This document shows positions 45,738 to 53,343 of a DNA stretch of 64,000 nt, piece after piece (position 1 is the stretch's first letter; each line of letters opens with the position of its first letter). The translations under genes and the position numbers were made by a program. Source of the stretch: an uncultured Nocardioides sp. (GTDB lineage: Bacteria; Actinomycetota; Actinomycetes; Propionibacteriales; Nocardioidaceae). The stretch covers positions 1,135-65,134 of the forward strand of contig CAZQCA010000001.1 of the NCBI GenBank assembly GCA_964591845.1, given 5' to 3'. The notes beneath the pieces are model-generated. The model made no database searches and was not told where the DNA came from. It saw only the letters and a program-made list of their open reading frames with translations.

Positions 45738-48700
45738 GCGCCTTCGACGACCTGCAGAAGTCGCTCGGCGAGGCCCGGGCGGCCGTCGACGCGCGCGAGC
45801 GGGCGGTCGTCGACGCCCAGGAGGGCCTGCATCGGCTGCGCCGCGACCGGGACCTCGCGGCCCGGGCCGGGTCGACCGACCAGCTCGACCACACGATCGC
45901 GGAGCAGGAGCAGGCCGTCGCGGGCCTCCGGGCTGAGGCCGACCGGCTGCGCCTGCGCGAGCGGGACCTGATCAGAGAGTTCGCGGACTTCACCGACCCC
46001 CGCCAGAACCTCGGCCGCCTCACCGACCGGATCCCGATCTGCCTCCTCCCGCTGCGGATCGAGTACCGCTTCAAGCGCGCCGGCGAGCCCGGCCCGGTCC
46101 CGCCCGGCCCGGCGCCGGAGCCGGTCCCGGGTGGCCCGGACGTCGTACGCGCGCCGCTGCCGCTCCCGACCGACGAGCTCTGGGTCCGCGCCTATCCCGA
46201 CGACATCTCGGTCGACAGCTTCGAGCCCACGCTCAGCGACACCGAGGCCAAGGACGCCCGCACCTACTGGGCCGCGGTCTGGAGCGCCGGCGGCGACGAG
46301 GCGGCGCTCCGCGGCGCGTGGAAGGTGCTGGTCGCCGGGCAGGGAGCCGGCAGGTCCTTCTTCGTGACCCAGGCCTACGCGCCGCTCAACGCAGCCGACC
46401 AGCCCGAGCCCCCCGCCGCCGACCCCTGGGTCATCCTGTCGATCACGACCCAGACCCCGCTGGTCGACCCCGAGCTGACAACCGTGAGGACCTACTGGAC
46501 AGCCGTCTGGCGGGCCGGGGACGACCTGGGCGACCTGGCCGACGCCGACCAGGACCTCGAGGCGGCCGTCGGAGCCGCACGGGCCGAGGAGCTGCGCCAG
46601 GGCTACCGGCCCCGCAACCTCGCGGTCGCCCCACCGGGGACCGCCACCCGGGACGAGACCGACGTGACCGTGGCGATCCTGGAGTTCCCCACCGACGAGG
46701 TGGCCCAGATCCGGGTCCACGGCTGGGCCACCACGCCGCGCGCGCGGCTGTTGCCCGACCGGCTGGTGGTGCTGGGCCTGCGATCGGGTGAGCAGGTGCT
46801 CCAGGCCGTCGGCGAGCCGATCCCGCCCACGCTGGCAGTGGCCCCCGACCCCTCGGCCACGGAGGAGGACCAGCTGCGTCCCGACGGGGACGGACTCTTC
46901 GTCGGGCCCGACCTCGAGTGGGTCACCGACTTCACCCGTGCCGTCGAGCAGGGCATGGGCTTCCGGCTGCCGCTCCAGTCCGTCGACGCGGAGCGCGGCT
47001 TCGACGAGCTGATCGTCCTCGGGGTCCGGCTGCGCTCCGACCCGGAGGCGAGCCGGCTCGAGCTCGAGGACCTGATCGACCACCACCACCACGCCAAGGC
47101 GGGCTTCTCGGTGCTGCCCCAGGGCCGCCCGACCAACAACGCCGACGGCGACCGGTCGGCGTACCGCTGGATCGAGGACTCCGACGTCAGCTTCGACCAC
47201 TACTTCGGCACCCCGCCGCCGGATCCCGGCGGCTGGTTCGACAAGCGCGACGGCCGCTGGCTGGCCGAGATGCTCGGCCTCGACCCCGCTGCGCTCGAGA
47301 CGGTGCCGTTCTACGGCCGCTCCGACCTGGCCGACGCCAAGGCGATGAACGTGGCCCTGTGGCCGGGGACGCTCGGCTACTTCCTGGAGAGCATGCTGCA
47401 CCCGATCGTGGGGGACGACACCATCGAGCGCGCCCGCGAGTTCTTCGTGCGGCACGTCTCGGGGCGGGGCGCCCTGCCCGCGATCCGGGTCGGTCGCCAG
47501 CCCTACGGCATCCTGCCCGCCACCGCGCGCTCCCGGCTGTCGTGGTTCGCCCGCAAGCCCCCCACCCGACTCGAGACGGACGGCCCTTTCCTCCAGCGGC
47601 TCTACGGCCACCTGCGCACGATGGAGGCCGACGTGTCGCCGCTCCTGCAGCGCGTGTCGTACGTCGGCAAGCCGGGGGTCGACCCGCAGCAGGTGCTGCT
47701 CGACGTGGTCGGCCTGCACTCGGGCTCCGTCGAGTTCCAGCAGCGCTACGCCGAGTCGGCCACCGCGCTGTACAACCGGCTGCGGCTGTCCGGGGGCGGC
47801 TCGGCGTTCCTCGCCGCGCTCATCGTGCTGGCCTACACCCAGAGCGGCCTCGACCTGCTCGCGAAGTTCGGCTACGTCCACGACGGCGAGAGCGAGCTGC
47901 CCGACATCCTCGAGAAGTTCTTCACCACGACCCCCAACGCCCTCGCCGACGCGCTCGTCGACGACGTCGACCTCTCCGAGACGGCTCCGGTGCGCGCCTA
48001 CACCTCCACCGGTGACAACTACCTCGCCTGGCTGGCCCAGGCCGCTGCCACCTCCCACGACGCGCTGCGCCGCCAGGAGGGCTTCGCCGACGGCGTGCCC
48101 CGGGCGCTCCTCTTCCACATGCTGCGCCACGCGCTCGACCTGAGCTACGTCGAGACCAGCGTCCGCCTCTTCGTGGACGCCGGCCTGCTCACCCAGACCG
48201 ACCTGGTCGCCTCGCGCCGCGAGCAGGCCTTCGTCCAGGTGGCGGAGGCGTCCGTGACGAGCGCGGCCACCGCCACCAGCGTCTCGGGCAGCCGGTGGGA
48301 GCCGCTCTACCAGCACGAGGTGGCGATCACCGGCAACCCCGCGCTGAGCGTGGGCGACTACATCCCGACCCAGCTGACCACGATGACCGCGACGGCGTAC
48401 CTCCGGCGGCAGCTGGAGGCCCTGGAGCATCTGCGCGACCTGCCGACGGGGGTGCTCGAGCGGTGCCTGACCGAGCACATCGACCTGTGCACCTATCGGC
48501 TCGACGCGTGGTGGGGCGGGCTGATGAGCCGTCACCTCGAGGAGCTGCGCTACGAGCATGCTGCCGAGGGCGAGGCGCCGCCCGCGCGCACCGGCATCCA
48601 TCTCGGGGCGTGGGCCTACCTGGAGCAGGTGCGACCGCAGGCCCGCGACCTGACCCCGGTCGAGCTACCCGACGACCTGGACGCGATCTTCAACGCCGAC

Positions 48701-51418
48701 CCCGCCGCACCGCCGCTCACCCGGGACGCCACCAACCAGGGCTATCTCCACGCCCCGTCGCTCAACCACGCGGTAACCGCGGCGATCCTGCGCAACGGCT
48801 ACCTCTCCAACGCCACCCCCGCCAACCCGACCAGCCTGGCGGTCAACCTCTCCTCCGAGCGGGTGCGGATGGCGCTGTCGATGATCGAGGGGCTCAAGGC
48901 CGACCAGAGCCTGGGGGCGCTGCTCGGCTTCCAGTTCGAGCGCGGCCTGCACGACCGTCACGACGTCGAGGTCGACGAGTTCATCTACGACCTCCGCCTG
49001 AAGTTCCCCCTCGCCGGCAACCGGCTGACCCCGACGCGCACCGCCGCGACCGACGAGGCGGGCGACCCGGTGGGCATCGCCCAGGTCGAGGCTCGCAACG
49101 TGATCGACGGCCAGGCCTTCGTCGCCCACCTCAAGACCCACGTCCAGACCTACCCGTTCGGCCTCACCGGCCTGCCCGCGGCGGACCCCGACCAGGTGGC
49201 TGCGATCAGCCAGGAGGCGGTCCGCCTGCTCGACATCGAGGACGCCGTCGCGGACCTCGCGATGGCCGAGAGCGTGCACCAGGTCGCGATGGGCAACTAC
49301 GAGCGCGCCGGGGCGATCCTCGACACCTACTCCAAGGGCAAGTTCCCGGCCACTCCCGACGTCGTGCAGACGCCGCGCTCCGGCGTCACGCTGACCCACC
49401 GGGCCGCCGTGCACCTCCCGGTCGGCCTGGTGCCGACCGACCCCGCGCGGATCTCTCCGCGCGCCAGGGCGGAGCCGGCGCTCGACGCGTGGCTGGCCGA
49501 GGTGCTGCCCGCGCCGGCGCAGGTGGCCTGCCGGGTGACCGTGTCCGACCCGACGGGAGGTCCCGACGACGTCCACGTGGTCACCCAGGCCGACCTGGGC
49601 CTGTCGCCGCTCGACCTGGTGCACCTGCTCGACCCCGACGAGGCGCGGTCGACCGGCGGCCTCGACGACATGGTCGAGGCGCACGTGATGGCGGTCCACA
49701 CGCCGCGTCCCGACGCGACACTCACCCTCGGCTACCGCGGGCGGATCGGCAGCATCGCCGGGCACGTCCCCTTCTTCGAGCTCGCCGCGCTCATCCGGCC
49801 CCTGCGGGACGTCGTACTCCGGTCGCGGCCGCTGCGCGCCACCGACCTGTCCCTCGCCAACGAGTCGGAGGAGGCCCACGACCTCGACGTGACGCTGGAT
49901 GTCGCCCGCGTCGAGCTCAACCGCGACGACCTGGCCGACCGGCGCGACGACCTGGACGCGTTCGGCAGCGCCCTCCAGGCGCTGCTCGACACCGAGCCGA
50001 GACCGGTCGCCCAGATCGTCACCGACATCGACGGGACCGTGAGTGACTTCGTCACGCTGGCACGCGGCGCCGCCAGCTTCGCGGAGCTGCGCACCGGCAC
50101 CGCCGGGGTCTTCGCGGAGCGGCACCGGATCTACGCAGGTCTGCAGCAGACCCTCGCCGACCTGCTCGCCCGCTGGGACCAGCGGCTCGCCGACTTCGAC
50201 CAGGCGATCCTCGACTACAACGCCGACCCGGCCGCCGAGGACGACGCGAAGTTCCAGGCGCTGCTCACCGCCGAGCGGTTCCTCGTGACGACCAACACGA
50301 CTGCGCTCCCTGCCCAGCCCGACGACTTCCGCGACGATCTGACCGGCCCGACCCGGACCGCCTTCACCACCCAGCGCGGGGTGCTGGAGGGTCTCGCGAC
50401 CAGCGAGGTGACCGTCGGCACCCTGCACGACGCCCTCGAGGGGGAGCGCGCGTCGATCGCGGTGCACGACCCCGAGCTGCTCGACCTCTCGGCCCACGTG
50501 ACGGCGGCGGTGACGCTGGCGGAGGACCTGGCCGGACGGGCGACCGGGCTCGCCGCCGAGATGACCACCCGGCTCGACGCCGTGCAGGGGCTGCTCGACG
50601 CCCACGCCACCGAGGCCGATCCCAGGCGTCGGGTGGACCAGCTCACCGAGGCGCTGCGGCTGCTCTTCGGGGAGGACTTCCCGGTGGTGCCGGAGTTCGG
50701 GATGCCGGCCGCCCAGGGCCCCGAGTGGCGGGCCGCATGGGGTCCGGGCCCGGTCCCGGACCGCAGCATCCTCGACCACCAGGAGGACACGCTGGGGCGC
50801 GCCCTGCCGGTGGACGACTGGTTCACGGGCGTCGCGCGGGTGCGGGAGAAGCTGCGCTCGTGGGAGACCGTGACCCGGCTGACCGAGGCGTTCGGGACGA
50901 CCGAGCTCGAGCTGCAGCCGATGCAGTTCCCGCATCGGCCGGGCCTGCCGTGGCTGGCACTGGAGTTCCCCGACACGCTGCCCAGCGGCGACCCGCTGGT
51001 CGTCGACGAGGACAAGCTGCTCTACACCGCGCACTTCGCCGTCCCGTTCGACGAGGCCGACCGGCAGGCGGGTCTGCTGGTCGACGAGTGGACCGAGGTG
51101 ATCCCGCGTCGCACCGAGGACACCGGCCTGACCTTCCACTACGACCGACCCAACTCCGAGCCGCCGCAGACGCTGCTGCTGGCGCTGCCGGCCGACCACG
51201 GCGAGGGATGGCGCTGGGAGGACCTGGTCGACAGCATCCGCGAGACCGTGGACCTGGCCCGCAAGCGCGCCATCGAGCCCGACCACCTCGACACCACGGC
51301 GTACGCCCGCTTCCTGCCGGCGGTGATCTCGGCGGTCAGCCTGTTCCCGATCTTCCCCGCGCTCAACTTCTCCATGGTCAACGCCGTCGCGGCCGTGCTC
51401 GACGAGGGGGACGACTGA
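45734..51418 (+). CDS. Giant uncharacterised protein with N-terminal coiled coil, 1894 aa
   Basis: ATGA-coupled start at 45734. Motifs LLPLRIEYRF, LWVRAYPDD, RVGRQPYGILP, YRLDAW, HAPSLNHAVTAAILRNG, LGALLGFQFERGLHD and GLLVDEWTEVIP...HYDRPNSEPPQ. Confidence 0.87.
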   Translation: MSAFDDLQKSLGEARAAVDARERAVVDAQEGLHRLRRDRDLAARAGSTDQLDHTIAEQEQAVAGLRAEADRLRLRERDLIREFADFTDPRQNLGRLTDRIPICLLPLRIEYRFKRAGEPGPVPPGPAPEPVPGGPDVVRAPLPLPTDELWVRAYPDDISVDSFEPTLSDTEAKDARTYWAAVWSAGGDEAALRGAWKVLVAGQGAGRSFFVTQAYAPLNAADQPEPPAADPWVILSITTQTPLVDPELTTVRTYWTAVWRAGDDLGDLADADQDLEAAVGAARAEELRQGYRPRNLAVAPPGTATRDETDVTVAILEFPTDEVAQIRVHGWATTPRARLLPDRLVVLGLRSGEQVLQAVGEPIPPTLAVAPDPSATEEDQLRPDGDGLFVGPDLEWVTDFTRAVEQGMGFRLPLQSVDAERGFDELIVLGVRLRSDPEASRLELEDLIDHHHHAKAGFSVLPQGRPTNNADGDRSAYRWIEDSDVSFDHYFGTPPPDPGGWFDKRDGRWLAEMLGLDPAALETVPFYGRSDLADAKAMNVALWPGTLGYFLESMLHPIVGDDTIERAREFFVRHVSGRGALPAIRVGRQPYGILPATARSRLSWFARKPPTRLETDGPFLQRLYGHLRTMEADVSPLLQRVSYVGKPGVDPQQVLLDVVGLHSGSVEFQQRYAESATALYNRLRLSGGGSAFLAALIVLAYTQSGLDLLAKFGYVHDGESELPDILEKFFTTTPNALADALVDDVDLSETAPVRAYTSTGDNYLAWLAQAAATSHDALRRQEGFADGVPRALLFHMLRHALDLSYVETSVRLFVDAGLLTQTDLVASRREQAFVQVAEASVTSAATATSVSGSRWEPLYQHEVAITGNPALSVGDYIPTQLTTMTATAYLRRQLEALEHLRDLPTGVLERCLTEHIDLCTYRLDAWWGGLMSRHLEELRYEHAAEGEAPPARTGIHLGAWAYLEQVRPQARDLTPVELPDDLDAIFNADPAAPPLTRDATNQGYLHAPSLNHAVTAAILRNGYLSNATPANPTSLAVNLSSERVRMALSMIEGLKADQSLGALLGFQFERGLHDRHDVEVDEFIYDLRLKFPLAGNRLTPTRTAATDEAGDPVGIAQVEARNVIDGQAFVAHLKTHVQTYPFGLTGLPAADPDQVAAISQEAVRLLDIEDAVADLAMAESVHQVAMGNYERAGAILDTYSKGKFPATPDVVQTPRSGVTLTHRAAVHLPVGLVPTDPARISPRARAEPALDAWLAEVLPAPAQVACRVTVSDPTGGPDDVHVVTQADLGLSPLDLVHLLDPDEARSTGGLDDMVEAHVMAVHTPRPDATLTLGYRGRIGSIAGHVPFFELAALIRPLRDVVLRSRPLRATDLSLANESEEAHDLDVTLDVARVELNRDDLADRRDDLDAFGSALQALLDTEPRPVAQIVTDIDGTVSDFVTLARGAASFAELRTGTAGVFAERHRIYAGLQQTLADLLARWDQRLADFDQAILDYNADPAAEDDAKFQALLTAERFLVTTNTTALPAQPDDFRDDLTGPTRTAFTTQRGVLEGLATSEVTVGTLHDALEGERASIAVHDPELLDLSAHVTAAVTLAEDLAGRATGLAAEMTTRLDAVQGLLDAHATEADPRRRVDQLTEALRLLFGEDFPVVPEFGMPAAQGPEWRAAWGPGPVPDRSILDHQEDTLGRALPVDDWFTGVARVREKLRSWETVTRLTEAFGTTELELQPMQFPHRPGLPWLALEFPDTLPSGDPLVVDEDKLLYTAHFAVPFDEADRQAGLLVDEWTEVIPRRTEDTGLTFHYDRPNSEPPQTLLLALPADHGEGWRWEDLVDSIRETVDLARKRAIEPDHLDTTAYARFLPAVISAVSLFPIFPALNFSMVNAVAAVLDEGDD

Positions 51419-53307
51419 TGAACGAGTTCGTCGCGATCCAGGACATCGGGCCGGTCTTCGCGGGCGAGCGGCTGATCCCGACGATCACGCTGTGGAACCG
51501 CCTCGAGGGGCGGCCGCGGCGCCACGACTTCGACCGGGCGCTCAAGGCCGAGGTGCGCGATGCCCTCTGGATGCTGACCAAGCAGTGGCAGATGGGGGAG
51601 CTCACCGGCGACGACGCGGGGTCGCCGGTGCTCTCCCAGGTCCACCTCGACACCACCCGACTGACGAAGTACCGGCCTGGCGGCGGGCCGTCGGAGCCCT
51701 TCGACGACGACGTCCCCCTGGAGGCGAAGGTCGAGCGACGTCCCCTGGTCTTCTCCCAGAGCCTGGGGCCGGGCGCGGGCGACCAGCCGATGGCGCTGGA
51801 CCTGCGGGCCGAGCTGGGGCGTCGCTGGCTCAAGCTGGTCGGGGGCATCGAGCCGGGCCTGCGCCAGAAGTTCGTGGACGCCCTCGGGTTCGACGAGCCC
51901 GACCCCCAGGACCGCGCGCAGGCCGCGGTGTGCGCGCACCGCGAGGTCTGGCAGTCCGCCGCCGCGCTGGCGGGCCGGGCCATGGACGGCTACGCCCTGC
52001 TCACCTATCTGGAGGAGGACCCGACCCACCACGCGCACGACCTCGTGGCACTCTCCGTGCCCGGCAGCGCGGCCGACGTCGAGGCCGCCGAGACGGCGTA
52101 CGTCGAGTGGTACCGCCGAGCCTTCTACCAGCCCGCCGACGCGGACGCGTGGATCCCCGAGCAGCTGGAGTACGCCTTCGAGACCTCCGCCCCCCGCGAC
52201 GGGGCGGAGCTCCACCTGACCGCCGACGAGTACTTCCACGGCCACCTCGACTGGTACAACCTCGACATCGACCCGGTCGGCGACGGGCTGGGCGACGTGG
52301 TGGGCGCGCCCTTGCCGGAGGACGTCGTCGAGGGGCACACGGCCACCTTCCTGCCGACCCCGATCTCCTTCGCGGGCATGCCCCACACCCGCTGGTGGAC
52401 CTTCGAGGACGGCACCACCAGCTTCGGCGACATCGACCCGGACACCACCGAGATCAACAAGCTGCTGGTCATGGAGTTCGGGCTCGTCTACGCCAACGAC
52501 TGGTTCCTGCTGCCGTTCACGGTGCCGGCCGGCACCGTCGCACGGGTGCGCGGGCTGTCGGTGACCAACGTCTTCGGCGAGCGCACCTGGGTCGAGGCGG
52601 CCGGTCGCGGCTCCGACGAGGACTGGCAGCGCTGGACCATGTACACCCTCGCCACCCGAGGGGACGCCGACATCCCCGCCGACGTGAGCCTGCTGATGCT
52701 GCCCAGCGTGCCCAAGATCCAGGAGGGCGGGCCCCTGGAGGCGGTGGAGATGGTGCGCGACGAGCTCGCCAACATGGTCTGGGGGATCGAGACCACGGTG
52801 CCGGCGCCCGACGGCAGCGGCCGGTCGGGCCGCCGGGCGGCGTTCGAGACGCGCGCGTTCCACGAGCGGCTCGTGCGGGAGGCCAACCCGAACCCCGTGC
52901 CCGACGTCGGGCCGCTCGTCAACGACGCCACGATCCGCTACGAGGTGATGTCGCGGGTCGCGGAGAACTGGATCCCGTTCGTGCCCGTGCACATCGAGGG
53001 CAGCACCCGTGAGATCCAGCTGCGCCGCGCCGCCATCCCGCGCCTCATCGACGGCGACCCCGACCCCGCGCGGATCCGACCGCGCACCACCCTCCTCCGG
53101 CAGGGCCTCGAGGAGGAGCCCGCGGAGGGCTACGACGTGCACGAGGAGGAGGTGCCCCGCTCCGGGGTGCAGGTCACGCAGAGCTTCCAGCGCACGCGCT
53201 GGTACGGCGGTGAGGTGTTCGTGTGGCTGGGCGTCCGGAAGCAGACCGGACGCGGTGAGAAGTCCAGCGGGCTCGGGTTCGACCGCTATCGCCCGGTGCA
53301 GCGCTGA
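51418..53307 (+). CDS. Uncharacterised protein, 629 aa
   Basis: TGATG-coupled. Motifs WNRLEGRPR, DALWMLTKQWQMGE, GHLDWY, GMPHTRWWTFED, EFGLVYANDWF, RDELANMVWGIE and EEEVPRSG...QRTRW. Confidence 0.87.
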   Translation: MNEFVAIQDIGPVFAGERLIPTITLWNRLEGRPRRHDFDRALKAEVRDALWMLTKQWQMGELTGDDAGSPVLSQVHLDTTRLTKYRPGGGPSEPFDDDVPLEAKVERRPLVFSQSLGPGAGDQPMALDLRAELGRRWLKLVGGIEPGLRQKFVDALGFDEPDPQDRAQAAVCAHREVWQSAAALAGRAMDGYALLTYLEEDPTHHAHDLVALSVPGSAADVEAAETAYVEWYRRAFYQPADADAWIPEQLEYAFETSAPRDGAELHLTADEYFHGHLDWYNLDIDPVGDGLGDVVGAPLPEDVVEGHTATFLPTPISFAGMPHTRWWTFEDGTTSFGDIDPDTTEINKLLVMEFGLVYANDWFLLPFTVPAGTVARVRGLSVTNVFGERTWVEAAGRGSDEDWQRWTMYTLATRGDADIPADVSLLMLPSVPKIQEGGPLEAVEMVRDELANMVWGIETTVPAPDGSGRSGRRAAFETRAFHERLVREANPNPVPDVGPLVNDATIRYEVMSRVAENWIPFVPVHIEGSTREIQLRRAAIPRLIDGDPDPARIRPRTTLLRQGLEEEPAEGYDVHEEEVPRSGVQVTQSFQRTRWYGGEVFVWLGVRKQTGRGEKSSGLGFDRYRPVQR

Positions 53308-53343
53308 GCGTCCGCGGCCTCGCCGGTCGTAGTACGCCCGGGG

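Noticed and set aside
39987-51286. Very long minus-strand ORFs (1203, 689, 972 and 873 aa) opposite the giant operon
   Set aside because: These are antisense shadows of genes with strong GC3 bias. The translations have no motifs and the typical V/G/E/L/A-rich shadow composition.
36681-53307. Giant operon read as a prophage or contractile injection system
   Set aside because: I recognised no sheath, tube, baseplate, VgrG, terminase, capsid or AAA ATPase motifs.
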